64,000 nt of DNA. Origin: Psammoneis japonica (lineage: Eukaryota). Made by a program: the position numbers and the translations under genes. A model generated the notes under the pieces. It did not search any database. It was given only the letters and a program-made list of their open reading frames with translations, and was not told where the DNA came from. Location of the stretch: assembly GCA_008632985.1 (NCBI GenBank), contig QPGO01000031.1, positions 434,001-498,000 on the forward strand, written 5' to 3'. Position 1 is the first letter of the stretch, and each line of letters begins with the position of its first letter. Shown here piece after piece: positions 33,734-47,253 of this stretch.

Positions 33734-36185
33734 TGTGGTGTGTGTGTGTGGTGTGTGTGTGTGGTGTGTGTGTGTGTTGTGTGTGTGGTGTGTGTGTGTG
33801 TGTGTGGTGGTGTGTGTGTGTGTGTGTGATGCCATTTGCTGAGTCAGAATGACAGGCAGATGGACACACAGAAACAACAAGGAGGACCAGTGAGTGCATT
33901 GGAAGAATGTTTGGGACAGAGATGCAGGCATTGGCATCTCTGAGGCAGGAGAGCATGCCAGGAGAACTGGGTTGTCTGTCAAGAGACACCACATTGGAAA
34001 AGGATGTGAGGCAATCTGGGGCAAGAAGTGCCATGATCACCATGTGAAACAAAGTGCAGTCTGCAAGATGCAGAAGGCAAAAGCAGCAGCACTCAATGCA
34101 ATTGTGGGGCAATGTGCAAAGGCTGTGTTCATCACAAGCTTGAAGAAGTGGCAAAGTTTGTGAGAGTCTTGAAGGAGGCAGCGGTGCATGATCTTGGTGG
34201 CACTGCTGAGCACTCTCAAGCCAATCTTGTTCAACGCAAATGAAAAAACAAACCCACACATCCAGTCCCAGGCAGGCAAGGCTTGGAAGCAGTTGGTGCT
34301 CATTTGTCAATGTGAAGGAGCGAGAAGTGCTCCAAGACTGTTGCAGTTGGTTCGCGAGTGTTGTCAAAATGGCAAAAATGTTTCATGGCAGGATCATCCT
34401 GGAAGAAATTGCCAAGAAAGAACATGGGTTCAACAAAAATGTTGAAAACACCCAGAGCAGAGAGAGGAACAAGTCATTGGCTGTGATGCCAATGGAAGGT
34501 GCCAAAGATCATTTTGGCATGTCTTGGAAGACCCACATTGGCAGTTTAGCTGCACTGGGGGGGGGGGGGGGGGGTGTTTGACATGCACCCCAATTCAGCC
34601 AAGGAGGAGGCACCACAGGTGTTGAACATGCATGGGACCAACAAGAAACCTGAGGGAGCAAGTTTTGCACAGAATGACAGCGAACATTGTGCGCTGGAAG
34701 TGCGACAAAGTTGGGCATGTCAGGAGAGATTGTCCTGACAAAGTTGATGTGGCATTGGGTCGCATGGCTTCCCAGTGTCATCCTCCCATGCTTGATGAGC
34801 AAGAGGTCAACAGATTGATGAGTTGTGCAAAGGAGTGTGTTGGAACATTGGCGCCAGAGGCAGATTTCATGATGTGGACAGACAGAGTTGCAGTGCAAGG
34901 CACACTGACAATTGTGGACAATGTGGCAAGTTTACATTCAAAAACTTGGATTGAGTTGCAGGTCTTGCTGTGCTCACTTTTTAGCTTTTGCACCCAGTTG
35001 ACACAGTGATGACAGCCAGCAATGTCAGTTGATGTGTTTGCAAGCCACGCAGCAAGTCAGGAAATGGCAAGACCAAATGCACGCTGGTCAGCAAGCCACA
35101 AAGCTCCAACACCAGGCCATCACCCATCAGGCATCACACACATGATTGGGTGTGATGCTGGCAACACTTTCAGGTGGCAGCAGCAGGCAAAATGAGGGAG
35201 GGGAAAGGAAGGCAGTGGCTTGGCCAATGCAGAGTCAAGAAGTTTGACAAACATGACAGTCATGGAGCTGGCAACACTTTTGAATGGCAGGCAAAATGAT
35301 GGGAAGGAAGTGGTTTGGCTGATGAAGAGTCAAGTTTGATGAGTCATGGAGGCCCCAGAGTGATGTGCCAGGGCAGGGGTGAAGGAGCGGTGCTGCAGCA
35401 GAGCCCAGCTTTAAGGTGGTGTGCCAAAGCTTTGTTGGTTGATTTGCTCTTTGCTCCAAGACTTGGTCAAACCAGCTGGAGCAAGCCTCCTCAGTGTGCC
35501 ATTTTGTGGTTTTTTGGTGTGATCCTTGGCACTTGCCTGCAGGAAAAGAGAGCACATGTGCGGCGCTGCGCTGTCGCGCCAAAGAGAGGAAAGAAGGCAG
35601 TGTCGCCACCAAAGCAGCAACAAGAAGCCATGAGGAGGATTGTCAAAGATTGGGAAGGATGGCTCCACAGATCCACATGTCATCTTCAAGCCTCCTTGAT
35701 TTGATGACCACATGTTTTTTTCATGCAGGATTTTTTGTCAAGAACCTTTTCGCCCCTTCTTTCGTCACTCCAATGTTTTTTGTGTGTTCCCCCAATTTCT
35801 TTGTGCAATGCCCATTTTTTGTCTCTGCCTTCTTTGAACTCTGAAGACCACCCCAAGAAAAGAGCTGTGACTCACAGCCCGGGAAACGATGGCATGCACA
35901 CTGGGCTGCATGTGGCCAGCCGGGGTGCAGACTGGGGCGGGCTCTGGACAGCCAGCAAAAAGCGGTTTTTTGTGACATCGTGTGCCCCACCAGCACAGTT
36001 TTTCCAACACATCCACCCCTTGTTGGAATTCAGTTGAAACTTTCTCACAAAACATGCAGGCGCACATGTGGTGTTTTGCACGGAGGAGATCCTGTGGTGT
36101 GGCGACTTCTGCCATGCAACACTGAATGGCCCCCTTTTTTTGGATGACAGATGCGTGCACGGTGACGAATTTTGACTGGTGTTGC
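33050..36185. mobile_element. Highly decayed repeat or TE (TpA- and CpG-depleted tract 4)
   Basis: Near absence of TA and low CG. Internal diverged duplications (33220-33355 vs 34945-35110; 35157-35225 vs 35267-35320). No recognisable domain. Confidence 0.5.
33694..33828. repeat. Imperfect (TG)n microsatellite with TGG interruptions
   Basis: Directly visible. Confidence 0.95.
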
Positions 36186-36391
36186 AAAGTATCCGGATGT
36201 GGCGCATAACCTGCCGAGTACCGGTACTACGATGGGCCGTACGTGAATAGGTACCGGAGCGAGGCGTTGAACTCTTTTTGGATCATACATCATTGAAAGA
36301 GTCTAAATGCATTGTTAGCCGCCGGGCACAAGCTGGCACGAAACACGCAACGCTCCGCATCACTTCGCCGTTGGCCGAAAAACGAGGCACC

Positions 36392-37714
36392 ATGGCGGAC
36401 GAACAAGATCAAGACATGGCAGAGTCGTCAAGCCCAAAGGCGGAAGAGGGCAAAATAGAAGAGAAGATGGAGGAAGTTACAGGAAGCGCTGCTATGCGTC
36501 CCGTCTTTCTGGGCAATCTCGACCACGGCTTCAACGCTGCTGACGTTATGGAGGTTTTCGAGCGGCCGATGTTGCCTCCCGACTCTCAGATCGACTCTAT
36601 CCCCGTTCCCGTGGATCGCGTGGACCTGAAGAGGGGGTACTGCTTTGTCTTTCTCAAGGATGCATCTTCGCAACAAGAAAAGGATCGCATCGAGCGATTC
36701 GTCTCGGAGATCAACGGCATGTAAGCACCATTCAAGATTCTTCGTGTACAATCTGTACCAGAGTTCTACGCAGCGGCATTTTCTACGTGTAATCGTCGTG
36801 CTTTTTGTTCTTCGAAAAAAGTGGTCCCATCCTGAGGCACTCTTCGTTTCTGTTCTTCTTCGCTGGGCGTTGTCATCGTTTGCCTCTTGTCTCCCACCCC
36901 ATCTACTCCATCTTTTTGAATTTGTACACCTCCGTATTCTTCCCTTCACCATCATCCTTATGTTTTCTACGATGTTTTCTACGTTTTCTTCCTCCGTCCA
37001 CCCATCACCTTCGTCCATCTTCTGCTCTCCGTCTTCTGACTACCATTATTATCTTCCTATTTGTTTTTGAGCAGGGCCGTGGACAGGGTCTCCCGTGCAC
37101 TCCGTGCCGAATTTGCCCGTGGAGATGGTCGGGTGAAGCGTAAGGAGGATGATCGCCGCAAAAAGATTCAGCCTTCGGAAACACTCTTTGTGGTGAATTT
37201 TCACGAGGAAACCACCAAGCGAGAAGATTTGCAAATGCTGTTTGAGCCCTTTGGAGAGCTTGTCCGTATTGACATGAAGCGCAACTATGCTTTTGTTCAA
37301 TTCCGAACCGTTGATGAAGCCAAGACTGCCAAGGAAGCCACCAATGGTGGCAAACTGGACCAGAGCGTCCTGACGGTGGAGTATGTTGCTCGTCAGCGTG
37401 GGGAAGGCGGAGACCGGAGACGCGGCGATCGTGATCGTCGTCGAGGCCCTCCATCCGATTATGGACGCCGTCGGTTTGATGATCGCTACGATGGCCGCCG
37501 GGATGACCGCTACAATGACTACAGAGGACGGTCTCCTCCCCGAGATCGGTACCGCCGCCGCAGCCGAAGCAGGTCAAGGTCGCCTTATTACCGAAGCCGT
37601 AGTCCTCCCCGTGGCGGCAGGGATCGTTATGATGACCGGGATCGTGGGCGTTACGATCGCGATGATTACCGCCGGCGTAGTCCGGACCGTGGGGATCGTG
37701 GGTATCGTCCTTAG
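36392..37714 (+). CDS. Two-RRM serine/arginine-rich splicing factor; intron 36721-37074
   Basis: RRM1 'PVFLGNL..KRGYCFVF', RRM2 'LFVVNF..RNYAFVQF' and an RS/RD tail. The GTAAG..CAG intron joins the frames. Confidence 0.88.
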
Positions 37715-37906
37715 GACACGGCATCACACGTACAGTTTCAGGGGGAAAGCCGAATGTATGTGAGGTTGGCTTGTGTTGCGTAAGGTTGGAAATGGCGTGC
37801 TTATATATCATTTGCGAGATGAACCGGGTGCTTTTACCTGGCAGCGTTAATATTTTGTTTCTATTTGCTCAGTGCGTATTCCTAGTAGCGTTAAAATCAA
37901 AAGTTT

Positions 37907-39307
37907 CTATTTCTTCTTGTCACTATCCCAACGACTCTTCAGCTCTGTTTCGTCCACAACATTGTACCATGAAGGATACTCCTTGCTACTACCTGGACTA
38001 AGTCGGTAGTCATAAAACAGTTCTTCGTTTTCAACATCTTTTATGGCCTGTAGTGCAAGACCATGCATAACGACAACATCTCGATCCATTGCCTTTGGGC
38101 CAAGCATCATGGGTTCCCGTGCATATGTATTTGGGACGTATTGCATCAAATTAGATGCCGACAGCTTCATGGGTTGTGTAAAGTTGATCGGTATCGTTCG
38201 ACAATTTGGTTTCACCGACGGAGGGGGGTGGTTGCACACATGCCCCAGCGCCCAAGGATTGTTGGATCCCTCCTTCTCACTGCTGTTGCCACTCAATACT
38301 GTATATGGCGATTTTCTGGAATCAATACAGACATCATCATAGCGTATACTCAATTGGTAATTCGGATCTTGCTCAAAATACCGCTGAGTTGCCAGCGTCG
38401 GATTCAACAGATACTCCTTGGGCCAGACTTGTCCTGGAAAAAAGGCAAGAATCGATCCAGCCATGGCGTGCCCATCACAAAAAACACCCCGACCAGCACC
38501 TGGAATGGTTGACTTGAGTGCGACTATCGAGTAATCCAGTTCTTTCTTGATCAATGCAGAACGACACAAATTTATCGTTTGGTGTCGCCGAATCTCATTC
38601 ACAATGTCGGCAGATTTTGCCTGGGAAACATTATAACCAAAGTCATCCAAGAGAGAATCCTTTATAGCTTCATTTTTCTCTTGTTCAATAATCTTACTTG
38701 ACTCCTCTTCTTGTGCTCCTTGCTTGTCACCAACACCACCTTCACTCCATCCGTGATGTACTAGGATTGTTTGAAGAGCACCGTGTTTGCGATTCCAGAA
38801 TGCTTTCTCTTTCTCTCCTATGCTATTCTTTTGGGAAAGAGCGCTCACATAATCGTTTCTCAAAATTTTTCTTAGTACGGCATCGAAATCATGTTCCTCT
38901 GCTGACTCGGACGATTGTAAATACCGATCTGCTTTTTCAAAAGCCTCAAACAAGTCCAGTATCTGCGGTTCCAAGACGGCTTGTAATTCATAACGCAATC
39001 CCAACAGCCCCTTATGATCTAAATTGTTCTTCTCCATGATTTCGACTGCTTGATCAATCAATTCTGGTGACGACGGGTTCTCGCTTGCTTTGCGGAGTGC
39101 CAAGTGGGTGGCGGAAAGAATGGACATGTTGACGTCAAATCGTTCTTGTATTGCTCGAGGTGTCTCTTCTCTATCACCAAACAAAGTTTTGGTAACAGAC
39201 ACGACACGAGACCAAAGACTAAACGAGCGAGCGTTTTGTCTTGGAAAAATTGATAGAGGAGTGACGCGTCTCATCTTGTGGACGGTGTTTGAAGCCAAAC
39301 ATGCCAT
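37907..39307 (-). CDS. SET-domain protein, SETD9/C5orf35-like
   Basis: 'STIPGAGRGVF', 'NPWALGHVCNHP', 'EELFYDYR'. Confidence 0.75.
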   Translation of the reverse strand: MACLASNTVHKMRRVTPLSIFPRQNARSFSLWSRVVSVTKTLFGDREETPRAIQERFDVNMSILSATHLALRKASENPSSPELIDQAVEIMEKNNLDHKGLLGLRYELQAVLEPQILDLFEAFEKADRYLQSSESAEEHDFDAVLRKILRNDYVSALSQKNSIGEKEKAFWNRKHGALQTILVHHGWSEGGVGDKQGAQEEESSKIIEQEKNEAIKDSLLDDFGYNVSQAKSADIVNEIRRHQTINLCRSALIKKELDYSIVALKSTIPGAGRGVFCDGHAMAGSILAFFPGQVWPKEYLLNPTLATQRYFEQDPNYQLSIRYDDVCIDSRKSPYTVLSGNSSEKEGSNNPWALGHVCNHPPPSVKPNCRTIPINFTQPMKLSASNLMQYVPNTYAREPMMLGPKAMDRDVVVMHGLALQAIKDVENEELFYDYRLSPGSSKEYPSWYNVVDETELKSRWDSDKKK

Positions 39308-39908
39308 GGTGTTGCCGGTTCAGGACAGCTCGTCTCGCGCCAGACGAATTGAATTCGCTCTATAGTATTTCACAGCGCAATCAACGAAATGTAAACCTAG
39401 CTATGTGCAAGAATTGCCACTCAACCTCGACGGACGCTCCACCACCAATTACAGATTCAATTGTCGCCATAGCCGATAGCTTGTGAATGAAAGCTTTTTT
39501 CAACAGACTCGCAAATCAATCAAACTTGTTGGATATTTCGTCTGGGCGTCGATCGTCGTGGCTCTTTCACACTGATCCTCAATCCATCATCACCGTACTA
39601 GCTAGGCTGGGTTCCTCTTTTGGTTTGTCTGGTGTCTAAGCTAGCTAAAGGACAGCAGAGAACTGCTAGCTGTCTACATATCTGATGATTCGTGGGTGGT
39701 CATCGCCAATCTCTTAGAGGCTCTCGCTCTAGCTACTAGAGTAGCTCTCCAGAGAGCGTCAGGAGCCATTTTGATCTGGGTCCATGAAACTACTGCATTC
39801 AACTACACAAAAATACTTGGACTACCATTCTTGTTGTTGTCGGGTGTGGGAACTTTGGCCTTTTTCTGATTTCCCAGTCTGTGTGACCAGCTCACACTAA
39901 CAATCAGA

Positions 39909-42305
39909 TCACGTCGTGTTGTCTTTGCCGCTAAACAATTCAGGTGAAGCGCATGCAAGATCCTCTGCCTTTGCTGCGGCTCCCCAATTCGTATAAGATA
40001 CATGAGCCTGTCGAAGATAGCTCGTTGCGGAGTCCTCATTTCCACGAATGCGCATAAATCTTGCTGCTCGCTCACAAGCAACAGAAAGGACAACCAAATC
40101 ATCCACCTGGGTTGCACAACTAATGGCATATCTGAATTTTCTGCTTGCCAAATCATGCTTCCCTTTGACAGCAGCCAACTCTGCCTCAAGTAGCAGCATT
40201 TTGTGTAGACAATTCTTCGGTGAGTGTTGAGCAAAGGCATCAAGCTTCCGGCAGCAACGTTTTGCAGTAGCAAGCAGCTGCCTATTGCGGAGTCCGCGCC
40301 GCCCGTAGCTTGCTGCTACGGCAGCTAAGCCGCGAAACAACACTGGGAAAGCCAAACCTGGATGCAAATATGGAGGATTTATCAGGGTTTCAAGGTGTTT
40401 GGCTTCTTTTTCCGCTTTGTCGAACTTTTCAAAGATGTAGGCCAGCATTACCCGATGAAAATGATAGAAACCTACAGAAAGCTCGTCTCGAGATTCCATT
40501 ATTGACAAGACATCCGACGTATCGCTCCACATTTCACCGTTGAGACGGAGCGGATCCTCGCTCTTTCCCATCAAGTTTTGTATCAATTGCAATCCTGGAC
40601 GCATGAGAAGCAAGGCAGCATCCTGTTGGTGCTCAACCATTTCGTCAAAGAAAACCATGGCCTCGGCCTCAATCTCTGCCAGTTTGTATCCTGATGATAT
40701 TTTGTACAAGGTGTAAATGTTCGAAGCGAGCATTGCATACTGTACACAAAACAAGAACATGGATAGTGGATAGTGTAAGGCACATTACAATAATCATATG
40801 GTACCAGAAATTAGGAAGAGACAAACCTCAATGTCACCACTTTCTAGCCCAACACGAGAGGCATGATGGAGATGCGGGATTAGTTCTTGTAGGGGGTGTT
40901 TGTATGTGTGCGTATTGCCGTAGACACAAACATACGTTCGTGGAATCCACTGAACAGCTTGAAACTTGTCCAGTAAATCCAATGACAGCCGCCCGTAGTT
41001 GTAGCCTTCGTCTTTGTCCTTGGAAAGTGAACACACCATGGTTCCATAAACGGAGAATCCAGCGGAAGACACTGCACTCAATCCATGCTTCACAGTCAAT
41101 CGCAGCAATTGCATGACAAGCAACACGTACAGATTGGGATTTGTCTGATATGCGTTCAATAACAAAAGGTTCAGCATATGAACTGTTGCGAGCTTGTCGG
41201 GGTCCTTCATGAGAGGCATTCGCAGTATCATTTCATTGCTCTTTCCTTGCAGCAACCGCCTTGTCCTCAGAAATTCAAGCACAACGTGAATCTTTCGGGG
41301 ATGGGAAGGAAACCGTTGTCCCAAAGATCGTAACACTTCCAAACCTTCTTTCAAGGCATCCCCCTTTCTGTACCTTGAACCCAAGGAAAAGACTCTGGTG
41401 GATCTTGCATGCAATGTGTCTCGATAGCATCTACTATTCTGTATAATTTCTGCAACCAACTCATCGGTGCGTTCGTAGTGGCCCATACAGTATTCCACCT
41501 CGGCAGCAGCATTGTACAGAGCTACACGGAATTCATACTCCTCTGCTTTCCAGTCAGTACCCATCAGCTCGATCCCAAACTCCAAGTAATTGCACGCTGC
41601 GCAAAAGTCAGACATTGCCATTGCCTTTTTGCCAGCTTGGAGACAGAGAGAAGCAACCGCATTGCGTTCAGTCCCATCCTGTATTTCACTCTTTCCGTGA
41701 TGAAACTGAGAGAGGACCGTGAAGTAGTTGTTCTCAATTTGTTGTATAGTCAAATTTTGGACAAGCCTGCGTCCAAGCGCTAAATGTAGGAGAGATCTCT
41801 CTTTGTCATCGCGAAAGAGTTTGTAATAGACTGCGGATTGTACATGGTTGTGAACAAATCTGTACCCTCTTTTCTCATCCAACACAAGTGAACCCTTCTC
41901 AACGGAGTCATCAAGAAGATGAGATGTTTCCATTGAAAAGCAACTAGCTGAAACAACTTCATTCAACGATCCGAGACACGAGACTGCTTTGAGTACCTCT
42001 TTGGATTCGTCTGGTAATTCCAGTAGCATGGTCGAGTAGTCTGTTTCATCCTTTCCTGCGGAATAACCATCCGAATCTTGATGATCCACTAACGAAACTT
42101 TTAACTTCCAATTATCTACACCATCTGTAATCGGTTGTGAATCGTCTTTTCCTCGGAAAGAAAGACGTTTTTTCCTCTCGATGAGGCTGAAATCCATCGA
42201 CACGGATGCGTTGTCTGGGCAGAATGAGTCTGACGACGCGACGCCAAACGTGTCGCTGCTATAAAGTGGTCGTTGCTCCTGTAATCTCGACGAAACATCC
42301 TGCAT
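39909..42305 (-). CDS. TPR-like C-terminal part of a STAND/AAA ATPase-family protein; intron 40740-40826; no P-loop visible
   Basis: 'LKAVSCLG', 'YRFVHNHVQSAVY', 'LCLQAGKKAM..SDF', 'YGRLSL', 'ACERAA', 'YTNWGAAAKA'. Confidence 0.65.
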
Positions 42306-42699
42306 CTTTGTCTTTTTCGTTTAGGGTGTTAATGAACACAAAGCTTGATGTGAATCGCAGTGCCTCGGTGTGTACGATCTCTGAATCGTGGTTACAATAC
42401 AGCATCATGGCGCGAAGTTCCGATCTTCTGAGCAGTCTCAAGATTTCGGATTTCGGCCATCACATGCACCGGCCGATGCCGACGACCCGCGCAACGTTGG
42501 AGCACAGGACACAACCGGCGATCGTCCAACAGCGAATTTGAAATTTCTCATTCCTTCACTTACTAACTACCGGTAGAGCTGAAGCTAAGAGATTGTGTAG
42601 AAGCATGTGATTACTCGTAGTTTTTACATTGGAATCGATGTAGAGTACTGTGTGGTTCACGGAATAGAAGATTGCTTGTTTGCAAAGTTATTCTTAACA

Positions 42700-45308
42700 T
42701 TATGCTGGTGCCAATCTTTGTGTTGCCCATGTCAGCCCGCGCGAAATGCTTTTCTCTGTCAATCGTGTGACAAGAAGAGTTCCAAAGTCACGGAGTTGTG
42801 GGGCGTATTCCTGAGCAACTGGAATGAGCTGACGAAGTCGTTCGTTATTCGCTCGTAGTTGCTGGGCTCTGCCACCGACAGATGGATCGGGCCTTCCTAG
42901 TGCTCCTTCAAAATCACCCAAAAGGAACTCCACCAGTATTCCTATTTGCTGTATCACCTGGCGATCTTCGGTGCTCAATGCAGGATTCAAAGCTCTTAGC
43001 AGGGATGGAACCGGAAAGTTTCCAAGTCCAAGCGTTCGTAAGAGCTCTCGCAAACCTTCTCGGCTAGAGGCGTCAACAACTGTGACAATCTCCTCCAACA
43101 TAAAGTCTCGAAAGACACTGCCTTCGGGACTGAAGAAGAAACGAAGCGCCTCTCGCACTGTCTCTTGATCCTCTGCTGTCTGTGCAGCTTTACTCTCGGC
43201 GTCACTGACAAGACTGGATCCCGCCGTAACGCGGAACCGACCACCTCCCACATCTGTGTCGCGGTCCGACGTATCAACAGCCTGGGAACCAACAAAGTCA
43301 CCCGCAGATCCGACAACACGCGACCCACGGACTCCATCTTGTTTATATGCCGATCCATCTCCCTCGTCTCGAACAGCCTTGAACTTTTCTAGCGCCTCTA
43401 ACAGATCAATAAGTCTCTCAGCATCGAAGACTCCCTCCGGTCCGTACACCATATATCGGAGTGCTGCTCGAAGTCGCGGGGAATCATCCGTCATTAAACG
43501 ACGGGCAATGTACGGAAAGGCTTCGTCAATAATTGCAAAATCGGGATTTCCGACGAGGGCAATTCCCTCGAGAGTTGAAATGGCACGAATAATCAACGCA
43601 ACTGTTTTCAAAAAAGTGAGTTACTGTACAAGCGTTTGTGATCAGCTTTTGTTTCATGATGGTGTTTACTTACAATAGGATGGTAGTCGACTGCAGCAGG
43701 GACGAAAAAAAAAAGAATACCAACCATGAGTTATGAGACAACAGAAAAAAAGAATATGAGCTAGTTGCTGGTCGTACTTACAATGGGTACTCATACGTGA
43801 TCACGGCCAAGTCAGCGGCCAGCTCTTGAAAGTTGATACTCTTAGCTCCGCCTCCGGCAAGAGCCACGTCAAAGACTTTCGTCAAGGCAGGCACAATCGG
43901 GGTGGTGTCTGTCCCTTCCGGGATGAAACCAAGGTTGATAAAGTCTTGTCCGATCTCGCTGTAGTCGCGGTTGATCAAATGCGCAATAGCCTCAATCATA
44001 CCATACTTTTGCTCGTCCGTAACTTCCGTCATGAGGCCAAAGTCAAGAATGACAAGGTTCCCTTCTTCGTCTCTCATCATGTTGCCCGGGTGAGGATCTT
44101 ATCGCGAAACAAGAAATGATGAGAATTTGGACAGAACAATGGCACTTGGAGGATAGCAAGAGGTTCTCACCTGCATGAAAGAAGCCACTTTCCAGCAATT
44201 GTGTCAGATAAGCAATGACTCCCAAGTTGACGAGAGCACCGACGTCATCAGCTTTACTCTGTGACAGCTTTTCTCCCTCGATCCACTGCGCTACGTGCAC
44301 ACGCCTGGATGTGTACTCAGGGTAATTTTTCGGAATTACAACCATGGGGAGCACACTCATTTCTTTTTCCATACGAATTCCGTTATCGCACTCCACATTA
44401 TAATCAAGTTCCTGGTAAAATCTGTACGCAAACTCATCCAGCAATTCGACAGCATCCAAACGTTCGACGAGAAAGGGGAAGTTGCGAGCAAGTTGACCGA
44501 GCTCTCGAGCGAGATAGAGATCCAGTGACACTGTCTCCAAGACTGCTGGTCTCTGAACTTTGACGGCGACGACGTCGCCTGTGTCGCGAAGTGTGGCCTT
44601 GTAGACTTGGCCTAGACTGGCGGCCGCAACCGGCTCCGGTGTTATCTCGGAGAAAAGGTCTTCGACCGAACGGCCTAACTCTTTCTCAATAGTTGCAAAA
44701 GCAATCTTTGAATCGAAACTCGGGACTTTGTCGCATAGTTTCTGCATTTCTACCATACTTCGCGGGCTCAGAATATCGGGACGAATGGACAGTGCTTGAC
44801 CGAGCTTAATAAAAAACGGTCCGAGCGACGTAATTGTGTCTCGGAGCTCCCCAGCACGCTGAACTTCTAGTTCAGGGGTCATGCGCCCACTCAGGTTGTC
44901 CAATGCAGTTTTAAACACAGTCGAGCCTCCAACGGCAAGTACCTGAAGAATACGAGTAACGACAGCACCAGGGCGCTTGGAAAAGAATTGTTTCAGCGCT
45001 GCCGGGTCGTAGTCATAAGGCAGTGCGTCGCCAGAAGTTCCCTCCACGTCCACCAGCCTCATCTTGAGCCCTTGCACAGCGGCATCATCATCATTAACTC
45101 CTTTTCCTCGCAAAGCTTCCATCATTAGTTGAACTTCCTCGTTCTCTGCCATTTGATCTCTCATTTCCTTCATCATTCGAGAGGTATCCGACACTGTGGA
45201 AAAAAGTGGAGCTTGCGCTGTTGCTCGCTCTAGTGCTGGTCGCGGTGCTACGAATGCATCGGCATTCCGGACCGCAAGAAGCGCCACGAGTGCAGCAGAT
45301 AACTTCAT
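42700..45308 (-). CDS. Plastid-targeted ABC1 atypical kinase, multi-exon
   Basis: Signal 'MKLSAALVALLAVRNADAFVAP', then 'LGPFFIKLGQALSIRPD', 'AAASLGQVYKA', 'VAVKVQRP', 'FFHA|DPHPGN', 'ILDFGL'. Introns near 44100-44170, ~43692-43778 and ~43603-43670. Confidence 0.9.
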
Positions 45309-45792
45309 TGTTGCTGCTCTGGACTCTCTCTTTCCTAAATAGCTCAATTAGAGCGGCAACGTTGTGTTCCAGAGAACAGAAATGGCGCTGACGAGAAAAG
45401 AGGATCATCACGCACCATCATCACACAGCTTCGCATCGTCAGTCCCGCGCGCCCCAAAATCATGAGTCAGTGTAGGACCCGGAGATGATAAAACGACTCA
45501 CTCGAACAAACATTTTGGAATTTTTGGACATGCTCGACCAAATTCGACTCTGATGAATAATTCATTCTCAAATCCTCGTGATCGAAAAAGAAGTGAGGCA
45601 ATGATGTCTGTGGGCGATAGATCGGGACCCCCCAATCTCTCAAAAAGAACTTGAGTCCCATAGAAGTGACGCCAATGAACTAGTTTCCCTCGGTTGTTGG
45701 CTAGCTGAAAGGTAGATTCCTAAGCTCTACTTCTTGTAGACAAATGATTTACCGTAGGTGTCTTACGGAGTAATTCATTTTAAAAGAAGACA

Positions 45793-47253
45793 CTAAACGC
45801 AACAGCACGAGAACTCTTCCCGAGGATAGGTCTCTCGAGTCATGATTCCGCTTCTCATCTCAGCCATCAGACCAAGATGCGGATAGATAAAGAGTGAGGT
45901 AAGCACCAAACCAACAATTGCACTAGAAAAGGGGCTGCGGATATCATCATTTCCTTCGTACTTTTCATCATAATCATTGTATGCCATGAACAAGAGCACG
46001 GTACCAGCCGTGTAAGATGCGACATACCACAGCACACCGACTGCAACGGCCCAAATGTTAAACATGACGGTACCAAAAATCACAGGCACCAGAACAACGA
46101 TACCAACGCCAGCAACAATGGCTTGGTCTTTGTACAAGTCTCTCAACACATCGTCGCCAGGTTCGTTGCCTACGTTTGCTCCGTTCGATATAGCGTAAAT
46201 GACGGAAAACACGTTGAGCACAATATTGATATTGTTCACAATCACTGTAGCGCGAAGCATATCGCAGCAGCAACCACAACACTTGACTCCCAGCTTGGGT
46301 TCTCCGGTGGGTATGCGCAAGGGAGCTGTCCGAGTGCCGTCGGCATTGGCCTTGTGATACACAAGACCTCGGTGGTGACCAAACACTTGTACTTTTGAAT
46401 CTTCTGTATCGGCTCCTTCTTCTTCTTGCGGGAATTGTTCCGTGACTTTTTCCTTTACCAAGGTTCCACCCGAGATGTAATCAAAATCAGAAGAAAATTC
46501 CATGATGAAGCGCCAGTTCTCAGCTCCTTCAACACCGGCCTAGAAAGTTCATGCATAAATAATGTGCACAGTCAATAAGTTGGACCATTCAACTCTCAAA
46601 GCTAAGAACAGAATCTCGAACCTTACCTGATTGCACGCTTCATCCCAATTGAGTTCTCCATGAAAGGTTCTGGATTGATCGTGATAATGTGATCCCTCCT
46701 GAAAATATTTACAATTGGTTCCATCCTCCAACGGAGTGTCGCGACGACCAAAGCGAATATGTGACAAGGGACGTCCGTGTGAATCGACTCGGAGGTTATT
46801 CGTCGCTGTTGCACGAGGAAAATGAACACTAAAGCTGTTTTGTTCCTGTCCGACATAGGCTAGTCCCGCTATTGGAGAATCTTGGACTTCGAAATTCTTT
46901 TCCACAAAAGGAAGACCCAAAGCGTCGTCTTGCTTTGTCAAATCAAAATAACTCAGTTCAGCACGGCAAATCGGACAACGCCCAAGCGTTGGAGCTAATA
47001 AATGAGCATCTTGATCTCGATCTGGATTGTACGTGGGCTGAAGAGGAGGCTTCCCCAAGAGAATCCGTTCCATGCACGGTACACAAACCGAATGACCGCA
47101 CGGTCCCGCAACGGCAACCTTGGGTACAATCAGGCATACAGGACAGCAAGAGTCGTCGTTGTGGTGTTCTTCTTCTTCGTCATCGTGTTGTTGTGCCTCC
47201 AAGTCTGAAGCAACGGCACCCTGCGGCGTCAATTCCATTGTACTTTTTTCCAT
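45793..47253 (-). CDS. RING-finger membrane protein; one gene joined by intron 46540-46626
   Basis: RING 'CPVC..CGHSVCVPC..CPICR'. The GTAAG..TAG intron joins 'DEACNQ' in frame to 'AGVEGAENWRFIMEFSSDF', followed by CCGCCC and about 4 TM segments. Confidence 0.75.
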
